Shown one piece after another: positions 18,400-34,828 of a stretch of DNA of 64,000 nucleotides. The translations under genes were made by a program, and so were the position numbers. Source of the DNA: the human T2T-CHM13v2.0 reference genome, Homo sapiens; assembly GCF_009914755.1 (NCBI RefSeq), contig NC_060925.1. One strand, written 5' to 3'. Position 1 is the stretch's first letter; every line of letters begins with the position of its first letter. Below the pieces are notes generated by a model. That model did no database searches. It was not told the origin of the DNA and worked only from the letters and a program-made list of their open reading frames with translations.

Positions 18400-18723
18400 T
18401 TCTTCTTTTCTTTTTCTTTTTCTTTTTTTTTTTTTTGAGACAGGATCTTGCTCTGTCACCCAGGCTAGAGTGCAGAGGCACAAGCACGGCTCACTGCAGC
18501 CTCAATCTCCTGGGCTCAAGTAATCCTCTTATCTCAGCCTCCCGAGTGGCTGGGACTACATGTGCACACCTCTAGCCCGGCTGATCTTTTTATTTTTATT
18601 TTTAGTAGAGAGTGGGTCTCATTATGTTGCCCAGGCTGGTCTTGAACTCCGGGACATAAGCAATCATCCCTCCTCAGCCTCCCAAAGTACTGGGAATACA
18701 GTCATGAGACACTGTGCCTGGCT
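18400..18723 (-). mobile_element. AluJ
   Basis: Diverged Alu with a T/C-rich tail. Confidence 0.9.
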
Positions 18724-19504
18724 AGTTTTCTTTATAACAGTTTCTACTATCTGAAATTATATTACACATACATATGTTTATTTCCACTCCTCCAAAAAAC
18801 ACCAGTGCCATAGAGATAGGAAACGTATGGATCACCACTGTATCCCCAGTCCCTAGATTAGTGCTTTACAAATGGTAGATTTTCAATAAATGTTTGAATG
18901 AATGAGAGAATCAACCAATAAGTCAATAAACCTGAGATATGCTACTTGCTGTCTGTAAGACATTGGGCAAAGAATTGACCCTCTCGGTGCCTCAGTTTCC
19001 TTGTTTGTAAAGTAGAGATAATAAAATAGCTACCTCATTAATGTTGGTGTAAGCATTAAGTATGATAATTATGTAAAGGGTTTAGGCCAATAACTGGTAG
19101 GTAAAAGTACTCAAAAAGTTACTTTTTGAATCATTTCATGGCAATGCATTTCTGCCTGAATCCCCGCAGCAACAGGGAACTCAGTAACTGAGTGGAGTTA
19201 GAGCGGCTACTTCATCCATCCAAGGCTCCCCAGAGCCTTCCTGCCCTGCAGGCTTCCCAGCACTGCCTCAGACTCTCTTTATCTATGCAAGACTGGGAAC
19301 CCTCGGGGGAAGAAGACAATCCAATTTCCATTATGCAGGCTAGACTCAACACAGGAGAAACGTCGTGAGCATCTGAACCTCTTTGGAGTGAGGGCTTGCT
19401 CTGAGGGCAAAAGCTATTGGAATTGGGCAAAACACAAATTTTGAGTTCAACTAGTTGAATTTCTACCTTCATTTTAGACGTGTTGCTTTTTTAGGGAAAC
19501 TTGC

Positions 19505-19650
19505 CTTTGAAGAATTCATCATCAGGTAGTAAAACATGACCAGGATCTTCAGAACAAAGATGGTTTTTTGGGGGGCTTTGTCAGATGTAGATTCTCGAAT
19601 GTTCAAGATTGAAGTCAGGATGCGAATGGCTTCTGCTTCTTGGGCTTCAT
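19505..19650 (-). CDS. ZMYND12: ZMYND12 exon 7 ((D)EAQEAEAIRILTSILNIRES...MMNSSK)
   Basis: Acceptor tgcag|AT. 146 nt. Ends at the non-canonical donor AAG|gcaagt. Lies inside ORF 19469..19717. Confidence 0.92.
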
Positions 19651-20784
19651 CTGCATTGGAAGGGGAAGAAAGAAAAAACAGGCTCTTGGCAACTGAGTCT
19701 GCCCTCATCAAAAGCACTCAGCTGTTAAAGCGCCTGGTCTGCTGAAGCCTTCCCAAGGGCACTGGTGGAAATAGCACCAATTACAGCAAGTTTTTTACCT
19801 AGAGGACTCCCTCCAGGTGCAAAGCAGGAAGCTCCGAAGCAGGAGTTTCAGACCGCTTTCCAGCTTTGCTTAGCATGCCATTATCAGAGTAGCCTAAAAA
19901 TAGGCTCACTCCCACAGGTCCCAAAGTTGCTAAGGTTTCTCTCTTTCGGAGTCCTGAACTCTAGATCTCTTGGGCTTACAAACACAGATAATCTGCCACA
20001 GGCAGATTCCTTGGGTCCAACTCAGATTCCACTCTACAGCTGAGAGGAGAGAACTGGGGGAAGGGACTTCTTGCAGCTGCAGCAGCTTAACTCTTCTCGT
20101 CTAGGCCATAGATGCGTAAGCAACAACCTTCATGCTTCCCTCTGAGAGTCTGTTTACTATTTTCCCCAGTAGTTTTTGGTCCTACTTTAGTCATCATTTA
20201 CTGAGAAGTCACTACATGCATTTAAAAGCACTTATACAAGTACTAAGCTTAGAGAAAAAGACGAAAAGGATATACACCATCATGTTAAGGTTGGCTATCT
20301 TTGGATATCTATGATTTCCAAGTTTTCAGCTATAACATGAACTATTTACATAATGAGAGAAAATTCAATAAAGTTATTAATTTTTTAAACTTTAGCTCAA
20401 AACCTCTCCTCCAAAGAGTCTTCCTTCTTCAACACCACCCAGCTGTCCTCACCTCTTCATTCTGGGACTCATCTTGTAACATAATTTGTACTCACAGGAA
20501 TGTTCTTTTGTTATTGCCTATAGGTTCTATATCACCAACTGCACTGTATGTCTCTTTTGAGCAGAAACTAGATCCTCTGTGTCTTTTCATTGTCTCTGAG
20601 GGCATGATGCTGTACGGTACTATTCAACACTTAGCCCTTTGCTGGCCCGGGGAATACAGTTTAATCCAACTGGGCCCTGCCACTGAGAAGCTCACTGTTC
20701 AGTAAAGCATGAAGTTAAGGCACCAGAAGAAATCAGCAATGCACCTTCTGTGTAGAGTCTACCTTGGCTTACGTGTCCTGGAGC

Positions 20785-21323
20785 AAGAGTCCCCAACCCC
20801 CAGGCCATGGACCAGAACTGTTTTGTGGCCTGTTAGGAATCGGGCTGCACAGCAGGTGGTGAGCAGGGGTGGTAGGGGCGAGTAAAGCTTCATCTGTATT
20901 TACAGCCACTCCCCATTGCTTGCATTACCACCTGAGCTCCACCTCCTGTCAGTTCAGCAGCAGCATCAGATTCTCTTAGGAGCGTGAACCCTATTGTGAA
21001 CTGTGCATGCAAAGGATCTAGGATGTACACTCCTTATGAGAATCTAATGCCTGATGATCTGTCACTGTCACCCATCACTCCCAGATGGGACCATCTAGTT
21101 GCAGGAAAACAAGCTCAGGGCTCCCACTGATTCTACATTATGATGCATGGTATAATTATTTCATTATATATTACAATATATTAATAATAATAAAAACATA
21201 GTACACAATAAATGTAATGCACTTGAATTCTCCTGAAACCATTCCTCCCACGCCCCCCAGTCCATGGAAAAATTGTCTTCCATGAAACGGGTCCCTGGTG
21301 CCAGGGAGAGATTGGGACTGCTG
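20785..21323. mobile_element. MER1A-like hAT-Charlie DNA transposon
   Basis: Termini gagtccccaacccccaggccatggacc ... ggagagattgggactgctg; about 540 bp. Confidence 0.8.
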
Positions 21324-21635
21324 CCCTGGAGGGATAACATAGAAATGGATGCTCTGCAGAAATCACAGGGGGCTTTGATGTGGTCTTTTTTTCCCTCTAA
21401 ATCTGTCCCTTAGTAACCCCCGAATGGCTATGTGTGATGATAGGGATCTGAATTCTTCCCAACACTGGTAAAATCTCTTTGATCCCCGTGTCTCAGTTTT
21501 CTCCATCAGCAACATGGGGAAGGTGGCAATGGTGTGCTTCATGACAGGGACAGCTGCTTTCCCTCTTAGGGACAAGGTCTGTGTATTGGGTGAGATGAAG
21601 TCACTGCTCTCCCTTCAGGGAAAACTGCCACTTAC

Positions 21636-21747
21636 CCAAGCCAGTGTCATTCTCAAATAGTTTGCCCAGTAAATCCATTTGTTGGATGTGAGCCTGTGAG
21701 AGGACTTGATAGTGATTGTTCAAATATGCATGCCAGATCTCAGAGAC
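21636..21747 (-). CDS. ZMYND12: ZMYND12 exon 6 (VSEIWHAYLNNHYQVLSQAHIQQMDLLGKLFENDTGL)
   Basis: Acceptor cccaacag|GTC and donor TTG G|gtaagt. 112 nt. Phases fit both neighbouring exons. Confidence 0.92.
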
Positions 21748-22019
21748 CTGTTGGGAAAAGAGATGGTAATACAACAAGCAGGCCAGACCTCAGCCGTCGG
21801 ACCAGGCAGGTGAGGAGAGTAGCGCATTTGGCCGGGCTTCTGGACAACCTGGAGGTTCTCTCTCTTACTGTGCCTGGAGGCAGAGGGAACCCTAGGAGCC
21901 CAAACAGGCCTGGCCAAGGTAAGTGTGACAAGTGATGGGCTGAAAAGGGCCTGTGGCAGCTCATCTTGGGGTAGCCCTAGTGGGGTCTAATAACAGTGGT
22001 TATCTTTTGTATAGCACAC

Positions 22020-22210
22020 ACAACACGAAACCTTCACATCCTCACAACATCCTGATGTAATATTCTTATTATTCCCATTTTACATGTAAATAAACCGAGG
22101 CTCAGAGAAGATCACACACGACTTCTGGTAAGAGCTGTTAAGTGGCATAGCCAGAATTTAAACCCTGGTCTATCTGATTCTAAAGCTTTTAAACTACAGC
22201 AAAATGCCTC
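22020..22210. mobile_element. MIR
   Basis: Core ttattcccattttaca...aaaccgaggctcagagaag. Confidence 0.65.
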
Positions 22211-22782
22211 TTTCTCAGAAGCAGGTCTAAAACATGAATCAACAATCAGCAGAAAGCCTGTATTACACATTTATTACACAAATGATTGCCTGCTAAGTGA
22301 GGTGTTACTATATGGATACAGCTGACATTTTAATATATTGGAAACAGTTTAAAATATTTTACATGTAAATATGGAAATTTCTCATGTTCTTGGATCCCTT
22401 GACAGGATCTTGTAGCAACAGACTTCCCTTGGAAATCTCCTTCTCTATCGCACACTTCAATAAGCCCACATTAGCTTGCTGCTATGGGTATGACACAGCA
22501 TACAACAGTCTATCTGAAGGGGTTTGGCTCTTACTGACCTGTCCTTCATTATTCGTTAATCACCCTACGGATGTTAAGGGTTAGTCTATTTTGGTAGTGG
22601 AGACACTGGAAGAAAGAAAATGGAGTATATCATGTATCAGGCTATATAGTCTTGGGCAAGCCACTTCATCTCTCTGTGCCTCTCTTTCTCATGAATGGTA
22701 TGTTTTTCATGAATAGTCTAATACAAGTTGTAAGACACCAAGCCTAAGAGTGAAGGCTCAGCTCCCACATTCCCCAGCTCAC

Positions 22783-22905
22783 CTTGGTGTACAATGTGTC
22801 TGCCAGGTCCAACTTTTTAAGGTCATAGAATATATTAGCCAGGTGGAAGTAGCCTCCTGAAGTCCTAATGTCCTCTGTTCCAAATGCACAACTGGCAAAA
22901 TAAAT
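22783..22905 (-). CDS. ZMYND12: ZMYND12 exon 5 (IYFASCAFGTEDIRTSGGYFHLANIFYDLKKLDLADTLYTK)
   Basis: Acceptor ctgctatag|ATT and donor AAG|gtgagc. 123 nt, phase 0-0. TPR-like helix pair. Confidence 0.92.
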
Positions 22906-22944
22906 CTATAGCAGAAGGAAGAAGGAGAGTGCTTGAGTTCCTTT

Positions 22945-23799
22945 TGCAAATCATATATCTGATAAAGGACTTGTATCTAGAATACATACAAAAAACTGTT
23001 ACAACATTCCAATTTAAAAATGGGCAAAAGATCTGAATTGACATTTCTCCAAAAAGATATTCAGATGAATAATAAGCACATGTATAGATACTAACATAGT
23101 AATTAGGTAAATGCAAAACAAAGCTATAATGAAATATCACTGCATCTAGGATGGCTAGAATCAAATACAGAAAATAAAAAGTGTTGGGAAGGATATGGAG
23201 AAAATGAAACCCTCACACATTGCCAATGGGAATGTAAAAGGGTGCAGCCTCTGTGGAAACAGTTTGGTAGTTCCTTAAAAAGTTAAACATAGAGTTACTA
23301 CATGACCCAGAAATTCCTCTTCTAAGTACCTACCCACAAAGACTTGTACGTAAATGTTTATATCAGCATTATTTAAAATACACAAAACATAGAAACAACC
23401 AAAATGTCCATCAACTGATGAATGGATAGACAAATTGTAGTATATCCAGGCAATGGAATGCTAATCAGCAATAAGAGGAATGAACTGTTGATACATGCAA
23501 CAACATGGATGAATCTCAAAATAATCACCCTAGGTGAAAGAGGTCAGATGCAAAGGACCACACATGATGCTGTCTGTATGAACTGTCCTGAGAAGGCAAA
23601 TTTGTAGAAACAGGAAGTGGTTGCTGGGGCTGGAACAGGAATGGGAAATGACTGCGCATGGATACAAGGGATCTCTTTGGGGTAATGGAAATGTTCTGAA
23701 ACTTGATTGTGCTAATGGTTGCGCTACTCTGTAAATTTGCTAAAAATAATTTAATTGTACACGTAAAATGGGTGAATTTTATGGTATATATCAATAAAG

Positions 23800-23800
<1 letters not shown>
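22945..23800 (+). mobile_element. L1M 3' end
   Basis: tcatatatctgataaagg...aaatgtccatcaactgatgaatggata...tcaataaagct. Confidence 0.85.

Positions 23801-23803
<3 letters not shown>

Positions 23804-23840
<37 letters not shown>
23804..23840. repeat. (TG)n microsatellite
   Basis: About 18 perfect TG units. Confidence 0.95.
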
Positions 23841-23843
<3 letters not shown>

Positions 23844-23878
23844 AAAAAGCTAGGCTAAGGAATCTGAGCTTGTGCTAA

Positions 23879-24470
<592 letters not shown>

Positions 24471-25592
24471 TACTAATTCTTAACTGTGTGGCCCAGCTCA
24501 GGACAGAATGTGCCTCTGCTTAATTTGTTGGAGGATGTAGAGTATAGAGAGGAAACACAAAGAATTGTATTAGTCAGGAGCCCAGGTGGAACTAGATGGC
24601 ACCCTCAATAAGATTGCCTGAAGATAGTTTAGTGGAATTATTACTTGACATGTAGAAGGGTTAAGAAACCAACAAGGGCTAGGGAAAAGCCCTACGAGTA
24701 AAACCAACAAAGCCTAGTGAAACACCAGGGACTACCAACAGCAAGAAACTATTACCATCCCTACACCTGAAACAGCAAGGGGAGGAAACAAGGTTACCAG
24801 GGCCCAGCAAGAGCTAGCACTATGGAAGAAGGCTGCCTGACAGGAGCTGTGGCCACAGAGGAACACTGTTCCTGACAGATCAGGGGTGGGGCAGAGAGGC
24901 AGCAGAGAGAATCAGTACCCCAGCCTTTTTCTCCTCCTACTCTCCACTCCCCTACTATGCCTTCCACTCTCCAAACCCAACCAAGGCCAGAGAGCAATGG
25001 AGTCCATAGAGGTTGTGTAGTCCATAGAGGTCAGGCTCCCAGGGCATAGAGTAGGGCAGAGAATGGATATGGGTTAGTGGAATTTAAAGAATAACCAGCG
25101 TAAAATTTAATTTACGGGCATTGTACAGGCGGGCAACCAGAGGAAGGGCTGCTTGGTGCAGAGGCCAGAAGAGAGGCTGAAGAGAGAACCAACCTGCATG
25201 GAGACTGCAGTCTGACTCTACGCTAACTCAGATTTCACGCCCAGGAACTCTTTTCTCTGGTAATATTTTCCAGTACTGAAATCCTAATAGAAACCCCTTA
25301 AATTTTGAAAGAACAATTCAGTTATCATCCTCAACATCCCATCTAACTTTGTACAGAGTTTTATCATCGATAAGTGCTTTCTTATACATCTAGCTCTTTT
25401 AAATTTAATAACCAACACTCTGAAGTAGAGATATTACTGTTATTTTTTAAAATAATAGCCAAGGTACTATACATTTATTGTCCTATTATTAATCTTCGCA
25501 ATGACCCAGTGAGACAGAGACTATTTTATTATTCCTGTCTTGCAGGTGATAAAAGAGGTTAAACAAATTTTCCAAGACGATGTGGCTAGTGA

Positions 25593-25925
<333 letters not shown>

Positions 25926-26144
25926 AGCAAAGCCCTTCTCTTAACGAGTATGCTGTTTTGCCTCCCTTTACTCTTCAGGGCAACTGAAACTTCAGGAATA
26001 TGTGACCTGGCCAAGGTTGAATAGCTATGAAGTAGAAATGCTTGAACTCGGGTCGGTAGAATTGTGTTATGGCTAACATCCCACCAAATAATCAGTTGTA
26101 AACAGAAAGTTTTAGAGAAATGCACAGTTTTAAAAAAATTAAAC

Positions 26145-26208
26145 AGATTTTGGAAATATACAGGTGTTATAATTTAGATTTTGGAAATATACAGGTGTTA
26201 TAACTTAG
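26145..26208. repeat. 31-bp tandem duplication
   Basis: agattttggaaatatacaggtgttataa at 26145 and 26176. Confidence 0.95.
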
Positions 26209-26217
26209 CTTGTTTAC

Positions 26218-26387
26218 ATCATTGGCCAGATGATAACGGGCCTCTTCATAGTTTTTCTTAGCTATATAGAGAAGTCCCAGATTCCGATGCAGTAAAGAGT
26301 GGGTGGCATTACTACAGTCAGTTGATTTGAGGACTGTCCACTGGGCTTGGAATAGATATTCTTCAGCCTGAACGATTCGGCCCAGAC
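26218..26387 (-). CDS. ZMYND12: ZMYND12 exon 4 (GLGRIVQAEEYLFQAQW...EEARYHLAND)
   Basis: Acceptor gggcag|GT and weak donor GAT|gtaaac. 170 nt. TPR-like. Lies inside ORF 26167..26439. Confidence 0.92.
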
Positions 26388-26499
26388 CTGCCCAAAAGCA
26401 GAAAAGAAGGTTATAATTCATATCCAGGCCAAAGAACACATGAGGAAATATGAGTCATTACCCATTCACTCATGTATTCATTGACTCAAGTATTTATTG

Positions 26500-27380
26500 A
26501 CACAGAAAAACTCATACAGGAATGTTCACAGCAGCCTATTTGGAAGAGTAAAAAAAAAAAAAACAGAAACAATGTAAATGTCCATCAGCTGATGAGTGGA
26601 TGAACAAAAGGAGGCATCTCCATCTCCATCTCCATCTCCATCTCCATGAGTGGAATATTACTCAGTCATAAGAAGGAATGAAGTAGTGCTACCTGCTATA
26701 ATGTGGATGAACTTTGAAAACACTATACTAAGTGAAAGAAACCAGACACCAAAGGCCACATATTGTATGATTCCATTTATATGAAATGTCCAGAATAGGC
26801 AAATCCATAGAGACGGAAAGTAGACTAGTGGTGGCCAGGCGACAGGGGGAGTCCAATGCAAGGGAGGCACTAACAGGGGGTCCAATGCAAGGGAGGCACT
26901 AAGAGGGAGTAACTGCTGACAATTACAGGCTTTCTTTTAGGGGTGATGAAAATGTTGTGGAAATAGATCATGGTGATTGTTGCACAACCTTCAGAATGTG
27001 CTAAAACCAACCACTGGATTGTCCTTTTTTTGTTGTTGTTGTTGTTTTTTTGAGGGAGTCTCACTTTGTTGCCCAGACTGGAGTGTAGTGGCGTGATCTC
27101 GGCTCACTACAACCTCTGCCTTCAGGTTCAAGTGATTCTCATGCCTCAGCCTTCCAAGTAGCTGGGACTGCAAGCATGCACCACCACGCCCCACTAATTT
27201 TGTATTTTTAGTAGAGACAGGGTTTCACCATGTTTGCCAGGCTGGTCTCAAACCCCTGACATCAGGTGATCCACCCACCTCGACCTCCCAAAGTGCTGGG
27301 AATACAGGCGTGAGACACTGTGTCTGGCCTTAATTGTTCTTTAAAAGGGTAAATTTTATGATATGTGAATTATATCTCAA
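26500..27380 (+). mobile_element. L1M 3' end with (CATCTC)n 26615-26647, ~30-bp duplication 26842-26902 and an inserted antisense AluS 27024-27329
   Basis: aaatgtccatcagctgatgagtggatgaacaaa...tatctcaat; internal repeats are directly visible. Confidence 0.8.
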
Positions 27381-27719
27381 TTGTGAAATATATATATGCA
27401 TATTTAATACCCTTTCTGTGCCAGGCCTTGTGTTGGGTGATGGGGAATCAAAGTGCAACATGAAAACAAATATATTTACAATATAGTATAATTGCAATAG
27501 CAACACAAGCTTTGGAAGTGTCAGAGGATAGGAAATGTTTAATTCTATAGATGAGATGGAGAGGGACACTGAAGCAGAGTCTGAGCTGGGTTTTGAGGAT
27601 GAATAGAAGTTTTCCAGGTAGATAAGGCAGGGAGAGCATCCCAGGCAGAAGTAACAGCATGTGCAATGTCATAGAAATATGAAATAATATGTTATGTTCA
27701 TAGAACTATATAGAGTCAC

Positions 27720-28400
<681 letters not shown>

Positions 28401-30292
28401 TCGGCCTGTGATGCTGGAGCACAAATTGTGAAAGACAGAATGGCAGAAAATGAGGCTATGGTGGTAGGCAGGGGGCAGGTCATGGAGGGCTTAGTGAGTT
28501 ATACCAAGGAACTTGATGCATGTGGATAAAAACTAGAGGATTTTCAAAAAGGGCGAGAGAATCAGATTTAAATTTAGAAAGATCCTCTGGAACCAATGTG
28601 GAGGAGGGACCAGAGGGGAGGAATAAAGGTAGAAGATTCACTGGAAGATGTCTGAAATAGTTCGGACAAGCACGCTTAAGAGCCTGAAACAAGACAGTGA
28701 ACTAAGGAGGAGGAGATCAAAAAGAGACAGGAAGTAGAATGGACAACACACGGTTACTAAGTAATGTGGAAGGTAAGAGAAAGGAAAGCCACATTTATTG
28801 CTAATATTTAGATACTCTTGACACTTAAAGCTTTTTGTGTATTACATATCATCTTTATATATACAGAGGCCTGCCTACCTGCTTGACTCCTGGGGAAATT
28901 TGTCAGAACAGAATAGAAAGCCACTACGTCAGTGTGCTGCAGGGTAGGAGGCGTGCTCTGGGGGCGAAGCATTGGTGTGATAGGTGCTGCAGCAGAAATG
29001 GCATCAACAAAGGGTTAAGAGGTAAGGACACGAACCCCTCATAAGCCAACCCTCTGCTCCTCTGTGTCCTTCCTGTCAGACCTAGTTCATATGTAAGCAT
29101 GCTTTTATTCTAGTTGTAACCCTACATCACTGAATTAAAGGAAAAGAGATGAAGAGGAAGCAGTCTACAAGAAGAAGGAAGTAACTTTGCCTGATGGAAG
29201 GTCAAAGTGCAAACTAAAATGGGAAACTACTAGATTAGGAGCACGAGGCCTAGTCCCTGATCCTGGCTCATGTGAACATGGCAAGTCACATCTTCCCTCC
29301 AGGCTTTGTCTATAAAATATGAGGTTTAGGCTGAAGTCCTCTCACATTTGAAGAAGCAAATGACTCTTAACTAAGATTGTTTAGATGGGAAAAAAATGGG
29401 ACAGGGCATTGACAAATATTGGAAATTTAAAATTTTCAACATCCAGTTCTCACTCAAGGAGGCAATGCCAAAGAATGAAGACTCCAAGGCCCAGCTGAAC
29501 CAGCATCTAAACAAGCATCAGTCCTAAAGGAAAAGGCATACTTGGGAGAATAAACTGTGAGGCTAGAGAGAGAGAGTACGGTGAGAAGAATGGGCTACTA
29601 CTAGCCCATGAGATTACAGTCAGAACTAAGCTTGTGACCAGTGAGTGCGTAAGTTCAGGCCTGCCTCTTATGGACAGTGCCTACCTGGAGAGGCATAGGG
29701 TGAAGTGGAGGTGGTGGAGACATAAAGGAAGTGATACTATCCCTTAGGGTGATTTTACTAGTGTATGGAATTGGGAAAGGACAGCCACTTACAGACCAGT
29801 GGTACTTGTCTGAAGGGTGAGGCAACAGGCTTACACTGGGTTAACGGCAGATCTGGGAGATATTATGGGAGAAGATTTTGCAGGACTTGGTGATGAAAGT
29901 GAAGGAATGCAGCATACAGCAGTCACAGCTGAGTCAAAGGTTGTGGCTGTGAGGTGCCCAGGGGAAGAAAAGGGAATCTGTATTTATTGAAGACCTGTTA
30001 TTTGCCCAACATTGTGCTAGTCCCTTTGCATCGGTGGTCTAAGTCTGCTAACAACCCTGTGAAATAATCATCAGATGAGGAATTTGAAGAGGAGGCAACT
30101 TCATTCATTCATTCAACCAAACATATATTCACCTAATTGATTGAGTCTCTATCACAATGCATGATGCTCAATGCACACTAAGACATGATCCCTGACTCCA
30201 AGAAGCTTAAAATCAAGTGAAGTAGGCATACAATAAATAGACAAAACATGAGTGCTGTGAAGGAAATGAACAGAACACAGTAACCAAAATCC

Positions 30293-30524
30293 TAGCTCAC
30301 TGCAGCCTCCACCTGCTGGGCTCAAGCAATCCTCCCACCTCAGTCTCCCAAGTAGCTGGGACTACTATAAGTGCATGCCACCATGACCGCCTAATTTTTT
30401 TGTTTTAAGAGATGAGGTCTTGCTAGGTTGCCCAGGCTGATCTTGAATTCCTGGGCTCAAGAGATCCTCCCATTTCGACTTCCCGAAGTGCTGAAATTAC
30501 AGGTGGGAGTCACCATGCCTGGCC
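30293..30524 (-). mobile_element. AluJ (partial)
   Basis: gctcactgcagcctcc...ctcaagcaatcctcccacc. Confidence 0.85.
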
Positions 30525-31161
30525 AGTTTAAGCAGACACCTGAAGGATGATCAAAAGCCAGCCACGTATGAGAGAGAAAAGAGCATCCCAGGCAGAAGGA
30601 ACCATATATGTGAGAGCTCTGAGTGAGGAAGAGCTTGGTGCCTACGATCACCCAGACAGTAAAGAAAGAGATGATATTTGAACTCAGGCTCTCCTGCTTC
30701 CAAATCACTCCAGTCTGAAGTAATCTCTAAGATGGGAAAGAAACATGTGCACAGGAAAGTGATTTCTTTAGACTTCCAGAAACGTTAGCAAGGTTTTAAA
30801 CCAATGACTGTGAAGTTACAGTGAAATCTTCCATTTAGACAGTACTTTCCAGACTTCAAAGCACTTTCATGGTCATTACACTCGAACTCATTTCACCCTT
30901 AAAAGAATCCTGTGAAGACAACTCAGATTCAACACATACTTACACAGTGCTCACGAGGTTTCAGGTACTGTGAAATTATCTTTTTAGTACCTTCTCTGTG
31001 CTAAGTACTGGGCTGAGTGTGAAGACATCCGTGATAATTAAGAATAGACACAGATCCAGTTCTCCCCTGAGCTTACAGTCTACTGGAGCAGGGAGACAAT
31101 TAAATAATCTCATCAATGAATACAATTATTAATGGACTAAGTGCTCAGAAGAAAGGAGTAG

Positions 31162-31469
<308 letters not shown>

Positions 31470-31487
31470 AGAAAGGGTAGTTCTTTA

Positions 31488-31901
<414 letters not shown>

Positions 31902-32700
31902 TTAATTTGGTGAAGGGAAGAGGAGGAGAAGCAGAGAGAGTGGCTACAGAAAAGCCTTTCCAAACAAGGAAATCATCATGCTTCTGAGGAACTGAGAGAA
32001 GGCCGGTCGGTGTAACTGGAAGGGAGGGAGAAAATAATTCAAGAGAGACAAGGTGATAGAATTGAGGTGAGAGAATTTGTTAACGGCTAGATCAAGCAGA
32101 GCCTCATGGGTTGCTTTAGAAATTTGATCTTTATTTAGAGGAGTGATGGGTCACATTTTTGTATGCAAACCACATTGGAGGGAGGCCAGAGATGATGTGG
32201 GGAGACCAGTTAGTAGGCAGTGGTCTAGATGAGAGATGATGAGACTTGGGCTAGGGTGACTTTTCCAGAATCCCATAGCTAGCCAGTGTCAGAGGTAAAC
32301 AGAACCTGGGCTGTATTTTCTTGTCCAGTGCTTTTCTCATTACTTTGGAGGAAAGACAGTCTGGAATGGGGTGTCAGACCTGGGCAGGGTGAGCAGGGCA
32401 TTCCTGCAGGCAAACAGCCTGTTATGGGGAGTTGGAACCCACACAAGTGAGGAGGGATCCATGCAGCAGAGGCAGCCTGGAATGGGGAGTCAGGGCCCAT
32501 GGAGCGGGAAGAGGTATCTATAAGGTGGAAAGGACGGAGTTAGAGAGCGGGGATTGATTCATACAGGGGAACTCATTAATATGTAAATAAACCAATGAAA
32601 GTGAAAGCTGTCAGCAAAGGGAGTTGCAATTAAGGAATGGAAGTAAATCAGATTGAACCCTATGGTGCTGTATTAGATCTGGATCAAACAGTATAGACTA

Positions 32701-33184
<484 letters not shown>

Positions 33185-34828
33185 TCACTTTCCACTGAAA
33201 GAGATCAGGGCTCTTTAGAGGTATGTTCCAGAAAGCAGTCAAGTGAGCAAAGAACAAATGGGGTTGTATCTGGGAGATGCAGAAGCCAGCTTGAGTGGGG
33301 TTTGTCACTGGTCAAATCAGGGACAGTTTGAGGATCAAATTAACGATAGTAATGGATTTAAGCCCATTGAATAAAGATAAAATACTGATACAAATAACTA
33401 AATGAATACATTGAAAATTCGATGAGGAATGGGATATTTATATAGTTTCAAAGGACGTATCCATGAAATGAAAATTAAAGTTATTAATTACAGAAGGGTG
33501 AAAGAGTAACATTACAGGGAGGAAGACTGGCAGACGCCATCCTAATAAAGTAATTAAAATGAACATCATCAGTAATGAAAAAAATGAAAACATGCCAGTT
33601 TATAGGATGGGATGAGAACACAGCATCACCTCTGTACTGTTTTTGCCAAAAATCCATAACGTGAGTCCCATCATTAGGAAATATCAGACAAACTCAAATT
33701 GAGAAATGTTTTATACAATTGGCCTGTAACCTGTAAAAGTGTCAAGATCATAAAAGTCAAGAAAAGGTTGAGAAACTATTCCAGAGTTTTGTTGCCAACA
33801 CATGGCAACAAAATGAAAAGTGTGACCCTGAACTGTATCCTTTTGCTATAAAGATGTTATTGGGAAAATTCGAGAAACTTGAATGGGGTCTTCTTAGATG
33901 ACAGGGTCCCCTTGTGTGGTTCCCACAAAGACATTCTCCTTCATAACCACAATACAATATATCTCATTTACTAAGGGGACACTGAAGTATTCTAAGGATA
34001 GGGAATCAGGTGAACAACTTACTCTCAGAGAACTCAGGGGATAAAAGTTCTTTATATTGTACTTAATTTTAACAGTTTTACTTTTAAAAAAGTTTTACTT
34101 TTAAAAAAGTATTTTTTTAATGGTGGCTATTAAAACATATGAAGCATTTTTTTAAATGGTGGCCACCATGTAGGGTATCTGCTAAGTCTGCTCTATACTC
34201 TCAGAATTGCCCCTCCCATCTATAGGGGTGGGTTCCTGTATTTCTGAACTATGTGGCTCTGATCCCAGGGAATAAAGGTGGATTCCACACTCAAGCCATG
34301 TCAACAAAATTCTGTCTTCTACGAATTTGTATTTGGAAATCAGAAGCTAATTAGTTTCTATTGCCTACTTCAAACCTAGAAAACACGTAAACTGAAAAAC
34401 TCCATCTGACATTTTGGGGTAGCTGTCTTCTACAGTGAGCATAGGGTAGACAAATCTGGTCTGCAGAGAGGGAAAATAGCAAAGCAGATAGATACCCAGA
34501 GAGAAGTAGATACAGGAGACAAGGCCCAAGAGAGAACGAAAGGCACTCCAATTCTAGTCCCTCATGAAGCCTCAGCTCCTGTAGGATACTACAGCACCCG
34601 CACAAAGTTCCTCCTTTTTGTGCAGGCCAGCTTGAGTGGATTTCTGCCAGTTGTAGACAAAAGTCTGTGACATCTCCTTCCCTACCTTGTGCTAAACTTT
34701 ACAGCAACCCTGCTCCTTCTACAATAGGTCTCTTGGTGCCACTGTCAAGGGTGACTCTTTGATCATTGGTGTGACCCAAACATAACACCACTTAAGGGAT
34801 CCAAGGATCTCAAGTCGGTTTCACTCAC

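Noticed and set aside
33790-33810. Palindrome tgttgcca-acaca-tggcaaca
   Set aside because: RFX-like half sites, but atypical spacing and located in old repeat-derived sequence; likely chance.
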